Origin: an uncultured Acidimicrobiia bacterium
GTDB lineage: Bacteria; Acidobacteriota; Terriglobia; Versatilivoradales; Versatilivoraceae
DNA length: 64,000 nt
Direction: 5' to 3'
NCBI GenBank assembly: GCA_963786955.1
Contig: CAWBAT010000005.1
Location: 352,001-416,000 of the forward strand
A program made the translations under genes and the position numbers. This document shows positions 48,555 through 59,759 of this stretch, one piece after another (position 1 is the stretch's first letter; every line of letters starts with the position of its first letter). A model generated the notes under the pieces. That model was not told the origin of the DNA and made no database searches. It saw only the letters and a program-made list of their open reading frames with translations.

Positions 48555-48642
48555 TTGAATCCGCAGGTATACACGTCGCAGAGTTCCCTCTTTCCATTAC
48601 TTTGTGGATTGTTTGGAGATTCGTAAATGAAGGAGGAACGAT

Positions 48643-50079
48643 TTAAGGCAATTCGCTTGAACCCATTAGGAATTTGTCCACTCCCCGGGCACACTGACGA
48701 CCTTCACTGATGGCCCACACGACCAGGGATTGGCCGCGCCGCATATCTCCGGCTGAGAAGATGCCTGGGACGCTTGTCATATAGTCCCTGTCTGCTGCGA
48801 CATTGCCTCGACCATCCAGCTTTAAGCCGAGCTGCTGAATCATCCCGTTCTGCTCCGGTCCAAGAAACCCAAGAGCCAGCAGCACCAAATCCGCTCTGAC
48901 TTCGAACTCAGAACCTGGAACATCATTCATGGGGCGCCTTCCTGTCCCATCGGCAGGGCCAAACTCAATGCGGACTGCATGAAGTTTTTTCACTTTCCCC
49001 TGAGAGCCCGAGAAATATTTTGTACTGACGCTCCAGTCGCGCTCTCCACCTTCTTCGTGGGAGGTCGAAGTACGCAGAATCATGGGCCAGTAAGGCCACG
49101 GCATTGAAGAGGTCCGTTCAGCCGGTGGCTTGGGTAACAGTTCCCAAGATCTGACCGAAAGGGCGCCTTGACGAATTGCCGTCCCGTGACAATCCGATCC
49201 GGTGTCCCCACCGCCCAAGATCACCACATGTTTTCCTTTAGCTGTAATCTCCTTGCCGCTCACCACCTCACCCGCCGCGCGCTTATTTTGCTGGGGCAGA
49301 AATTCCATCGCAAAATGAATTCCGTCCAGTTCACGGCCGGGAACAGGCAGATCACGGGCTTGAGTCGCTCCACCGCAAAGAACCAGTACATCAAATTTCT
49401 GGCGCAATTCGTCCACCGGCACATTGAATCCCACATGGGAGTTGGGTTTAAAGTGTATCCCTTCTTCCGCCATCAAATCCAGGCGCCGCTGGACTAGCGA
49501 TTTCTCGAGCTTGAAATCCGGGATGCCGTAGGTCAACAACCCGCCGATCCGATCGGCCCGCTCAAACACAGTGACCGTATGTCCCGCTTTGTTGAGTTGA
49601 GCCGCGCAAGCCAAACCTGCGGGTCCGGATCCGATCACTGCTACCTTCTTCCCCGTTCTGACTTTTGGGGGTTGAGGCTTTATCCAACCTTCCCGGAACG
49701 CATGGGTGATGACACTGAGCTCAATGAGTTTGATCGTCACGGGATCGTCGTTGATTCCGAGGACGCAGGCCGTCTCGCAGGGCGCAGGGCAAACCCAACC
49801 CGTAAATTCCGGGAAATTATTGGTTTTATGCAGAACTTCAATGGCTTCCCGCCAACGATTTTGATAAACGAGATCGTTCCAGTCCGGGATGATGTTTCCG
49901 AGCGGACACCCGGTGTGGCAAAACGGGATGCCGCAATCCATGCAACGGGCGCCTTGAGTCTGCACCAACTCATCCGCAGGCTCACAGTAAACTTGGCTGT
50001 AATCTTTAATCCGCTCCTCGACGGGACGGCGTGTCGCAGTTTGGCGCTGGATTTCTAAAAAGCCTGTGACTTTACCCAT
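48643..50079 (-). CDS. gltD: Glutamate synthase small subunit
   Basis: RCMDCGIPFC..GCP, GSGPAGL, GGGDTG.DC, GQSLVVWAI.EGR. Confidence 0.97.
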   Translation of the reverse strand: MGKVTGFLEIQRQTATRRPVEERIKDYSQVYCEPADELVQTQGARCMDCGIPFCHTGCPLGNIIPDWNDLVYQNRWREAIEVLHKTNNFPEFTGWVCPAPCETACVLGINDDPVTIKLIELSVITHAFREGWIKPQPPKVRTGKKVAVIGSGPAGLACAAQLNKAGHTVTVFERADRIGGLLTYGIPDFKLEKSLVQRRLDLMAEEGIHFKPNSHVGFNVPVDELRQKFDVLVLCGGATQARDLPVPGRELDGIHFAMEFLPQQNKRAAGEVVSGKEITAKGKHVVILGGGDTGSDCHGTAIRQGALSVRSWELLPKPPAERTSSMPWPYWPMILRTSTSHEEGGERDWSVSTKYFSGSQGKVKKLHAVRIEFGPADGTGRRPMNDVPGSEFEVRADLVLLALGFLGPEQNGMIQQLGLKLDGRGNVAADRDYMTSVPGIFSAGDMRRGQSLVVWAISEGRQCARGVDKFLMGSSELP

Positions 50080-50229
50080 TTCTCACCCCAAGACAAGAAA
50101 AAGCCGCCTTCGCAAGGGATCCGTGAAAGTTCAAGGAAACAAGATAGAGAAAACCTTACTTTTTTTCAATCGTCTATCTTTGATTCCAATCCCTTAGGAT
50201 GCATCGTTCTCGTGCGATCGCGGCTTTCT

Positions 50230-53200
50230 TTAGGACTTAGCGATTGCTTCCGACTGTGCGGTTAAGACTGTTTTTCGCCGCTTCTGCTCCATTTGCACCA
50301 GAACACGGCGATAATCGATTGGCATGACCTTCACAAACTTCTGGAACAATTTTTTCCCCTGATGGAGGACCCTTTCAGCAGATCGGCTTCCGGTATAACG
50401 GAAATGGTTTTCCACAAGCAACCGAATGGTGTCGATGTCATGGGATTCAATCACGGGTTCCAGATCCACCATGCTCTTATTGCAGCGCGATTCAAAGGAA
50501 CCTTCTTCGTCCAACACGTAGGCAATGCCTCCGCTCATGCCAGCAGCAAAATTACGCCCGGTTTTTCCCAGAACCACGACACGGCCACCGGTCATGTACT
50601 CACACCCATGGTCCCCGGTGCCTTCGACCACAGCCGACACACCGCTGTTGCGGACCGCGAAGCGTTCCCCGGCTACTCCGTGGAAATAGGCTTCTCCTCC
50701 AGTTGCTCCATACAGAACGGTATTCCCAATCAAAATATTTTCTTCGGGAACAAACGTTGCCTCCTTGGGCGGGTACACAATCAGTTTCCCTCCGGAGAGT
50801 CCTTTCCCTACATAGTCGTTGGCATCGCCCTCCAACACCAGCGTTACGCCTCGAGAGAGAAAAGCGCCAAAACTCTGCCCGGCGGATCCCTTGAATTTGA
50901 GTCGAATGGTGTCTTCGGGAAGTCCCTGGTTGCCGTAGCGTTTGGCGATTTCCCCGCTCAACATTGTGCCGATAGTCCGCTGCGTATTTCGGACAGGCAA
51001 TTCCAACTCAATGGGTGTTTGATTCCCAATCGACTCGCGGCATCTTTCAAGTAATTCACGATCGAGAATCTCTTCTAACCCATGGTCTTGTGACTGGATG
51101 CAATGAGTCGCAATGCGGCGCGGCACGTCCGGTTTATAAAGGATCTTCGAGAAATCGAGGCCTCGGGCTTTCCAATGCTCGACGGCATCCTGCACGTCCA
51201 GCATCTCCACCTGGCCGACCATTTCGGCTACGGTCCGAAAGCCAAGTTCGGCCATAATTTCCCGGAGTTCCTCTGCAACATAAAAGAAGAAGTTAATCAC
51301 GTGCTCCGGTTTCCCGGAAAATTTGGCGCGCAAAACCGGATCTTGCGTAGCCACACCCACCGGGCAGGTGTTCAAGTGGCACTTGCGCATCATGATACAA
51401 CCCGAAGCCACCAGCGGAGCAGAGGAGAAACCAAATTCCTCGGCACCCAACAGGCAAGCGATAGCCACGTCTCGCCCGGTCTTCAGCTGCCCGTCAGTCT
51501 GAACGACGATTCGTCCTCGCAGATCATTCATGACCAAGATCTGCTGAGTTTCGGCAAGACCGAGTTCCCAAGGAACTCCGGCGTGCTTGATGGAGGTCAG
51601 CGGTGAAGCGCCCGTTCCGCCATCGTGTCCGCTGATCAGAACGACATCGGCCTTGGCTTTGGCAACTCCGGCAGCCACGGTTCCCACTCCCACTTCAGCC
51701 ACGAGTTTTACAGATATCCGAGCCCCTGAATTGGCGTTCTTTAAATCATAAATAAGCTGCGCTAAGTCTTCGATCGAGTAAATGTCATGATGCGGCGGAG
51801 GAGAGATTAAGCCGACGCCCGGTATCGAGTACCTTACTTTCGCAATGAACTCATCTACCTTGTGCCCAGGGAGTTGCCCTCCCTCACCGGGTTTCGCTCC
51901 TTGAGCCATCTTGATCTGGAGATCGTCTGCATTCACCAGGTATTCAATCGTGACTCCAAAGCGCGCTGAGGCGACTTGCTTGATCGCACTCCGACGCCAA
52001 TCTCCACTTGAATCCCGCTTGAAGCGTTCCGGATCTTCACCACCTTCCCCGGTATTACTCTTCCCGCCAATCCGGTTCATCGCGATCGCCAGATTCTCGT
52101 GGGCTTCTTTGCTAATCGAGCCAAAAGACATGGCACCGGTGGCAAATCGCTTCACGATTCCCTGGGCGGGCTCTACTTCCTCGACTGGGAATGGGAGTTC
52201 CTTTTTTGAATTTGAACAAACCGCGCAGGGTACAAAGGTTTTTACTCTGGTTATTGATGAGCTCCCGAGTACTCCTTAAATGTCTTAAAGCTGTCCTGCT
52301 GAACGGCAATCTGCAGTTTGGCCACGGATTCCGGATTAAAGAGATGGAATTCACCTTCCCGCCGCCATTGGTATTGGCCACCCACATCGAGAAGAGGGCT
52401 GGCACTGCGTTCATCCGGATATCCTTTGTGATGGCGGAAGATTGCTTCCTTGGCAAGGACATCCAATCCGATCCCCTCCACGCGAGAGGCCGTTCCGGTG
52501 AAATAGCGGTCTATGAGCGCCTATTCAATCCGATGGCTTCAAAAATTTGCGCCCCTCGATAACTTTGAATCGTCGAAATACCCATCTTCGCGATGATCTT
52601 CAGCAATGCTTTGTGGATGGATTTGATGTAGTTCTTGTGCGCTTTCTCGATGGTGATCTCAGGAGAAAATAGATTCTTGCCGCACCATATCTCCGAGTGT
52701 TTCAAACGCAAGATAGGGGTTAATCGCGCCAGCCCCATAGCCAATGAGCAGCGCAAAATGCATGACTTCCCGGGCTTCGCCAGACTCGACCACAAGCCCG
52801 ACTCTTCGTTCGCGTGCCTTCCCGGACAAGGTGATGATGGACGCCCGAAGTCGCCAGTAAACTGGGGATTGGCACATGGTGGGCATCCACTGATCGATCC
52901 GAGAGAATCAGGATGCTATAACCCTCCCGGACAGCCTGAGAAGCCTGCTGGCAGAGCGATTCCATAGCCTTTTCCAACCCTAATCCACCATCAGCCAATT
53001 CAAATACCATCGGCAATGTCTTAGAACGGAAGTCTCCGACGGAGATCTGCCGGATCTTTTCAAGTTCGGTATTGGTGAGAATCGGTCCCGGAAGTTTGAG
53101 CATGTGGCAATGCCGTGGAGTCTCAGAGAGCAGGTTTTGCTCCGAGCCGATATAGCTTTCCAGAGACATGACCATCTCCTCCCGGATCGAGTCGATGGGA

Positions 53201-54792
53201 GGATTGGTCACTTGTGCAAAGAGCTGTTTGAAGTAATTGTAGAGGAGCTGGGTATGGTTCGAGAGCACTGCCAGCGGCGTATCCGTTCCCATGGATCCGA
53301 TTGCCTCTTCACCATCCTTGGCCATCGGAGCCATGAAGAGACGCAAATCTTCAAGGGTATAGCCGAAGATCTTTTGCCTCAGTAATAGTCCTTCCAGATC
53401 GTCCGTAGGAGACGATTGCGGGCTCGGGAACTTCAACCAAATCAATCTTATTCTCCTCTACCCATTGCCGATACGGTTTTTGCCGTGGAGATCGTGGACT
53501 TCAATTCCGAATCATCCACAATCCGTCCCTGCTCCGTATCGATCAGGAAAAGTTTTCCAGGCTGAAGTCGACCTTTATAAGAGATCTCTTCGGCAGGGAT
53601 ATCCAGAACGCCGACTTCAGAAGCCATAATCACCTGGTTGTTCTTGGTGACAATATAGCGGGCAGGACGAAGTCCATTGCGGTCCAAAACGGCTCCAATG
53701 GATTTCCCATCAGTGAACGCCACAGCGGCAGGCCCATCCCAGGGCTCCATCATGCAGGCATGGTATTCATAGAACCCCTGCTTGTCAGGGTCCATGTGAA
53801 TGTTTTTGCTCCAGGCTTCGGGAATTAACATCATGATCGCATGAGGCAATGACCGGCCTCCCTGGATCAGAAACTCCAGAGCGTTATCCAGCGTCGCACT
53901 GTCGCTCCCCGTTTCCGTCACGATCGGGAACAGTTTTTGAAGGTCTCTCTCCATATAAGTCTGATGACAGCGTCGCCGTCCTGGCTCGCATCCAGTTGCG
54001 GTTTCCGCGGAGCGTGTTGATCTCGCCGTTATGGGCCAGATACCGATAGGGGTGAGCCAACTTCCAGGACGGGAATGTGTTCGTACTAAACCGGGAGTGG
54101 ACCAATGCCAGCGCGGTCTTAATAGAGGCATCCTTAAGTTCAAGATAAAATGCGGACACTTGATGAGCCATCAACTGTCCCTTGTATATCACCGTGACAC
54201 AGGAAAGACTCGAAATATAGAAGAACGCGCTGTCTTCGAGATTGAGCGCGACGATCGTATTCTCCACTCGCCGCCGGATCACATAAAGCTTCCTCTCAAA
54301 CTCCCGCTCATCTAAAACCGCTTCTTTTCCTACGAAAATTTGACGAATCACCGGTTCGGCTTCATGAGCCACGCTTCCGATCGCCGAACTGTCCACTGGC
54401 ACATCTCGCCACCCCAGGACACGTTGCCCCTCCTCGACAATGATTCGTTCCAAAACTTCCTGGCATTGCTCCCGATGCGCCGGGTTAGGGGGCAAGAAAA
54501 TCATGCCGACCCCGTAATTTCCTGAACTGGGTAGATAAATCCCAATTTCGGAGCATTTCTCGATGAAAAATTCATGGGGGTTTTGGATGATGATGCCCGC
54601 ACCATCCCCGGACTCTGGGTCGCAACCGCAGGCTCCGCGGTGGCTTAGATTCGTCAGGACCTCAAGGGCCTGATGAACAATCTGATTGGAGCGCGTGCCA
54701 TCGACATTGACCACGAAACCGACCCCGCAACTGTCCTTCTCAAATTGCGGATCGTAGAGGCCTTGCTTGCTGGGAGGCAATGACCAAGCCAT
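50230..54792 (-). CDS. gltB: Glutamate synthase large subunit (split by several indels)
   Basis: [51 protein letters not shown] repeats. Confidence 0.96.
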
Positions 54793-55069
54793 GGAAAAAT
54801 TCCCTCTCTCGACAGTTTCGGCAGTACCGAAATGAGATCAATGCACGACTTCTTTATCCCCATCTCTTAGGCTTCTGGATTGTCTAAGACCCAACTCGAA
54901 ACCTTGAGACCAGGGATAGGAACCTATAAGTTTACCGGAACTGCAATGGTAAGATAAATTTATAATATTTATGGACCTGATAACAAGAACTTATCCATTT
55001 TACTCGGATCAGCGGACCCCAATCAAAGAGTGTTGCTTGATCCTAACCCTCGCCCCTATAATAGCTTCC

Positions 55070-55336
55070 ATGAACACAACCACCAAAGTATTTATTGTAG
55101 CGCTGGTTCTCTTGTTTGTGGGAATCGTGATTTATAGCTCAATGGGATTGGGGCAGTTTCGTTGCGAAGTTTGCATGGAATTTCAAGGGCGTTCCGCCTG
55201 CGCCACGGCCTCCGGTACAAGTCAAGAGGAGGCCCGGCGAACTGCCACGGAGACCGCTTGTGCCAAGATTTCTTCGGGCATGTCCGAATCCATTGCCTGT
55301 TCCCAAACACCTCCAAAGAATATTCAGTTCAAGTAA
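55070..55336 (+). CDS. Small membrane-anchored Cys-rich hypothetical protein (88 aa)
   Basis: N-terminal TM then CEVC..C..C..C; TATAAT ends 7 nt before ATG, no SD. Confidence 0.7.
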   Translation: MNTTTKVFIVALVLLFVGIVIYSSMGLGQFRCEVCMEFQGRSACATASGTSQEEARRTATETACAKISSGMSESIACSQTPPKNIQFK

Positions 55337-55424
55337 TCATAAAAACTGTCCTTGAACCCTTAATGGCTACCCACCTGCAGATATGGGAGATGGGATTAAC
55401 CCGGTACTGGTTTCATCAATACAT

Positions 55425-55523
55425 TGGCGTATCTTAGGATGGGCGCCGCGTGAGGTTGGGGCTTTGAGAAAGCCCCAAGCCTACAAAGGTGTAGGCCGGG
55501 TCACTGACCCGGCGTTAACGTCA
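55425..55523. repeat. Modular REP-doublet/MITE-like element, copy C
   Basis: CGTATCTTAGG..GCCGCGTGAGGTTGGGGCTTTGAGAAAGCCCCAAGCCTACA..TGTAGGCCGGGTCACTGACCCGGCGTTAACGTCA. Confidence 0.75.
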
Positions 55524-55550
55524 TCGAATTTCTGAGAGGCAGTACCTAGG

Positions 55551-57458
55551 CTAACGGGTATGGGCTTCTTCAAGATAGGTATATCCATGCAGTCCAGACT
55601 CGTAAAACCGCAAAAATAGAGCCGACTCTTCCACCGTGATTTTTCGATCGCGGACTGCGCGTTCCACGTCTTTTCGCATCAGGGCCAACAATTCATCCGA
55701 GTTGTATTGAACGTACTTCAACACTTCGCTCACCGTGTCTCCCTTGACGACATGGTCGACGCTGATTTGCCCGTCTTCCTGAAGACTCACGTGCACGGCA
55801 TTGGTATCCCCAAGCAAATTGTGTAAGTCGCCGAGAATTTCCTGATAGGCACCGACCAGAAAAACAGCGAGGTAATAGTCGTCCCCGTTAAAGGGATGGA
55901 GGGCCAAGACTCTCTTGACATCATGGAGATCAATGAAGCGGTCCACTTTGCCATCAGAGTCGCAAGTAATATCCGCCAAGATCCCCCGTCGCGTGGGTTT
56001 TTCCGCCAAACGATGAATCGGCACCACGGGAAAAAGCTGACGGATGGCCCAGCTATCCGGCATGGATTGGAAGATTGAGAAGTTGCAGAAATAGGTGTCT
56101 GAAATAAGACTCTCGAGATTCTTGAGCTCATCGGGAACATGTTCCAGTTCGTCCACGATCTTCAGAATCTTGCTACAGATAGTCCAATAAAGCCCCTCTG
56201 TGACACTTCGCTGCGTGAGCGTCATATACCCAAGGTTGAAGAGGTTGAGAGAGTCCTCCCGAAGTTGGACGGCGTCGTGATAAACCTCGACAAAATTCTT
56301 TTTTGAGATGTTCTTGCATATCCAGAATAGATCCGTCAGCGGTTGAGGACTATTTTCCGGCAGCGACTCCGGCGATACAAAGCTGTCAAACCCTGACACC
56401 CCGAGAACGTTAAAAACCAGAACGCTGTGATAGGCCACCACGGCTCGCCCGGATTCGGAGATAATCGTGGGGTGCTTCACTTTTGCTTCATCACAGATGG
56501 ACTTGATGCGAAAGACAATATCGTTGGCGTATTCCTGGAGGGTGTAATTGACCGATGACTCAAAATTGGACTGAGAGCCGTCATAATCAATCCCTAGGCC
56601 TCCGCCTACGTCCAGGTATTCAAGCCCCGCACCGGCCCGATGCAGTTCAACATACACCCGCCCCGCTTCGGTGAGGACTTCCTTAATCTTCCGGATATGG
56701 GTGACCTGGCTCCCCATGTGGAAGTGCAGCAACTTCAAGCAGTCTGCCATCTCCCGTTCACGCAAGTAACTTAGCGCAGCCAGAACTTCAGTGACCGTCA
56801 ACCCGAACTTTGATCGATAACCGGCGGAAGACTCCCATCTTCCGGCACCGCGGCTCGCCAACTTAACCCGGACGCCAATTTGCGGCTTGACTTCCAGTTT
56901 CTCTGCATATTTGACAATGAGTTCCAGTTCGGTAAATTTCTCGACAACCGGGATGATGTTCTTCCCGATTTTTTGCGCCAGAATGACCATTTCGATAAAT
57001 TCGTCATCCTTAAATCCGTTACAAATGATGGGAACGTCTTTGCCATTTGTAATCGCCAGCACGGCCAGCAGTTCAGGCTTTGAACCTGCTTCCAGACCAA
57101 AATTATAAACGCTGCCGAAATCTAAGATCTCCTCAACAACATGCCGCTGCTGATTTACTTTAACGGGATACACACAGCGGTAGTCGCCCTGATACTCAAA
57201 TTCGGTCCTGGCGTTTTGAAAAGCGTCGTGGATTTCTCCAAGCCGGTGTTTCAGGATGTCCGTGAATCGAATCAAGATCGGAAGATCTATCCCGCGGCGC
57301 TTCAACTGCCCGACCAGATCTTTTAAGTCGATCGAGTGATCCGTCCGCTTGTCTGGATGAACGGTAATGTGACCATTCTCATTGACTGAAAAGTAGTCTT
57401 TCCCCCAGTTGTTGATGCTGTAATAGTCGATAGAATCCTTAATCGTCCAATTTTCCAT
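55551..57458 (-). CDS. speA: Biosynthetic arginine decarboxylase
   Basis: YPVKVNQ, LEAGSKPEL, HFHMGSQ, DVGGGLG.DYDGS, DITCDSDG. Confidence 0.97.
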   Translation of the reverse strand: MENWTIKDSIDYYSINNWGKDYFSVNENGHITVHPDKRTDHSIDLKDLVGQLKRRGIDLPILIRFTDILKHRLGEIHDAFQNARTEFEYQGDYRCVYPVKVNQQRHVVEEILDFGSVYNFGLEAGSKPELLAVLAITNGKDVPIICNGFKDDEFIEMVILAQKIGKNIIPVVEKFTELELIVKYAEKLEVKPQIGVRVKLASRGAGRWESSAGYRSKFGLTVTEVLAALSYLREREMADCLKLLHFHMGSQVTHIRKIKEVLTEAGRVYVELHRAGAGLEYLDVGGGLGIDYDGSQSNFESSVNYTLQEYANDIVFRIKSICDEAKVKHPTIISESGRAVVAYHSVLVFNVLGVSGFDSFVSPESLPENSPQPLTDLFWICKNISKKNFVEVYHDAVQLREDSLNLFNLGYMTLTQRSVTEGLYWTICSKILKIVDELEHVPDELKNLESLISDTYFCNFSIFQSMPDSWAIRQLFPVVPIHRLAEKPTRRGILADITCDSDGKVDRFIDLHDVKRVLALHPFNGDDYYLAVFLVGAYQEILGDLHNLLGDTNAVHVSLQEDGQISVDHVVKGDTVSEVLKYVQYNSDELLALMRKDVERAVRDRKITVEESALFLRFYESGLHGYTYLEEAHTR

Positions 57459-57679
57459 TCTTGGTTAGTTTCCGTACCTCCGCATTTAAGCAAAAACAAT
57501 TGAAAATAATTGCGGTCAGGTTTGAATCCACAAGGCCCAACCCATTAAAGAGCCAATCTTCACCAACAGCAACAGAAAAATGGTCCAATCGTCCAATCGC
57601 GATCACGAGCAAACCAATGGTTGCCGTTCGTGACATCCGATTCTGGGCAGTCAGCAACGATTCATGGGGTTCAGCCGAA

Positions 57680-58264
57680 TTACATCGGACGCGGTATCGA
57701 GATGAGCAAGCCGGAAACGAAACCAATCACAACGTTGATTACAAGGATGACCACGGCAGCCACAACCATATACGGAATTACCTTTTCTTTCGGGGTCTTC
57801 ATGACGTGTGGCAATCCCAGAAAAAAGAGATATATGCCGTAGAGCCCGCCGAGAATACTCAGGACATTGAGGACCGGTATAAGGGCAAGAACTCCGGCAA
57901 CCCACGCGGGTGTCCACGCGTAGGCTACCAATTTCAAGGCCTGAACGATTCCTCCGCTAGATTGAAAAGTTGGAGCCAGCTGTTGAATAATGATCGCCGC
58001 CACATAGACTCCTACCAGCAAAAGAACATATTGGAGAATCATGCTGGTGAGTCCACTGGGAATTGGAGTCCTGAAAGTCCCGATAAAAGGAATACTAATT
58101 CCCACGATGGTCATCCCGATGAATCCACAGACTGCCGGGATAGCAGCCAATGGGACAATATATTCCTTGTACAATGAGGGGACATCTGCCGTCTCGTTAG
58201 CGATGACCGGCCATTCTTCTTTCGGTTTCGTAAGGATGTTCATGACGCGGCTTTGTAGATTCAT
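57680..58264 (-). CDS. Yip1 family membrane protein
   Basis: IL.KPKEEW..I, 5 TM helices, AYAWTPAWVAG. Confidence 0.85.
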   Translation of the reverse strand: MNLQSRVMNILTKPKEEWPVIANETADVPSLYKEYIVPLAAIPAVCGFIGMTIVGISIPFIGTFRTPIPSGLTSMILQYVLLLVGVYVAAIIIQQLAPTFQSSGGIVQALKLVAYAWTPAWVAGVLALIPVLNVLSILGGLYGIYLFFLGLPHVMKTPKEKVIPYMVVAAVVILVINVVIGFVSGLLISIPRPM

Positions 58265-58403
58265 GGTTTCCTCTATTCCGGATTTGAATGGCTTCCGGGG
58301 GCCTTGAGATGGAATGTGATCGATTTTAAAGGATAGACAGGCAGCCAGATTTAAACATTTGGAAACTGAAAATGCAATGGCTATCCGAGCTTTTTACAAA
58401 ACC

Positions 58404-58871
58404 CTACTCGGCTTGGAGTTCCTTGAGGACAGCCAAAAGCTCCTCCGCATGATTCAAGGGATTAACATGACTAAAAATTTTGCGGATTTTTCCTTCGGGA
58501 TCAATGACAAATGTCATTCGGCGAGGCAGCCGGTAAAAAGCAAGTGCGCCATAAGCTTTCGTGACTTTTTTGGTCGTGTCGGCCAAAAGAGGAAAATTCA
58601 AGCGATGTTTGGTTGAAAAGGCCTGGTGCGATCGAGAATCGTCGACATTCACTCCCAGAACTTGGACATTAAGCGCGATGAAGCGATCGATGTTGTCGCG
58701 GAAATTACAGGCTTCTTTCGTACACCCGGGAGTTTGATCTTTCGGGTAAAAGTAAAGAACAACCCATTTCCGGTTCGCAAAATCCCGAAGAAAAACAAGG
58801 TTCTCGTTCTGATCTTTTAACTTGAGTTCCGGGGCTGGCTGGCCCACTTCGATTGAATTATTTTCGCTCAT
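58404..58871 (-). CDS. bcp: Peroxiredoxin (BCP/PrxQ)
   Basis: VLYFYPKDQTPGCTKEAC.FRD. Confidence 0.92.
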   Translation of the reverse strand: MSENNSIEVGQPAPELKLKDQNENLVFLRDFANRKWVVLYFYPKDQTPGCTKEACNFRDNIDRFIALNVQVLGVNVDDSRSHQAFSTKHRLNFPLLADTTKKVTKAYGALAFYRLPRRMTFVIDPEGKIRKIFSHVNPLNHAEELLAVLKELQAE

Positions 58872-58920
58872 TGATTGATCTGGTCCCCGAGTACTTAGCA
58901 CTGCTATTGGCATTACGGCA

Positions 58921-58975
58921 ACGTATCTTAGGGTGGGCGCCGCGTGGGGTCACGCGGCCTACAAAGGTGTAGACT
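58921..58975. repeat. Modular REP element, copy D (truncated)
   Basis: ACGTATCTTAGGGTGGGCGCCGCGTGGGGTCACGCGGCCTACAAAGGTGTAG. Confidence 0.7.
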
Positions 58976-59116
58976 GGCTGGAGATTGGACATTTGTTGGC
59001 ACCCCGGATTCAGTAGCAGCGCAGGCTTCCAAGCTTATATGGGTGGCACGATCGTTCCGTTTCGTCATTTGAAAATAGTTCAATGAAGCGGTCCATTCGC
59101 AGTCCTTCAGACATCC

Positions 59117-59233
59117 AGCGGCCTGAAGGGCCGCCATAATCTAGCCCAGGGCAGAGCGCAGGGGCAGGGCCCCGCAGCGCTGCCCTGGGTCACGATCCCA
59201 ATGAATCATCGGCGCCCTGAAATGGCGCGACAA
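59117..59233. repeat. Multi-hairpin REP-like element
   Basis: GCGGCCTGAAGGGCCGC, TAGCCCAGGGCAG..CTGCCCTGGG, GCGCCCTGAAATGGCGC; similar layout at 62184-62240. Confidence 0.55.
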
Positions 59234-59759
59234 CCCGGACGAGAGGTGTGTAGCACTTCAGGGTGCATTAAAGCACCAATAAGTTTCAGAAGTCCGTGTT
59301 GTTGCTTGCCCCGATGATTGTGCAATATTGCGTATTGGGTTGGGGCAAATTAGCACCAGACCGCTTAGAAAATTACTCTGGTTCTTTCTCGGTCGTTTTG
59401 TCAAGCAAACGCATTCATAATATCTCCACCGGGCTTGTGACAGATACTACATAATGAAGGAAGCATAAAGGTCTTTTCTGATATGTGAATCCAGGTCTGG
59501 TAACAAAGGCTAACGGGGCGGCAACCGGGATCACTTTGCTCCGAGCTGCTAAATTTCTGCCTGGTGACGACATTTCCAGGTATCCTTGAGGCGTCTGAAG
59601 GGATTCGCATGTGAAAGAGCCGCGAATTCAGACAATGCTTTTGCCTTGGCCTTGGCATCCAATGTTTGGCCTCTCCAAGCGGGATGGGATTTGTTGAATC
59701 TGGTTAATGCGTAGCAAACGCCATCCGTTCAGGCCATACCCATAATTTAAAGGAGCTCG

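Noticed and set aside
49168-52562. Long plus-strand ORFs antisense to gltBD (likewise 57461-58177 and 23312-23944 antisense to other genes)
   Set aside because: Antisense shadows of well-supported genes, with no motifs of their own
50230-54792. gltB (and mtnA, proC, btuB-like, GH38) as pseudogenes or programmed frameshifts
   Set aside because: Indels are scattered window-wide with intact motifs; sequencing error is more parsimonious
59045-59060. sigma54 promoter TGGCACGATCGTTCC
   Set aside because: The -12 element is TTCC rather than TTGC and no gene start is nearby
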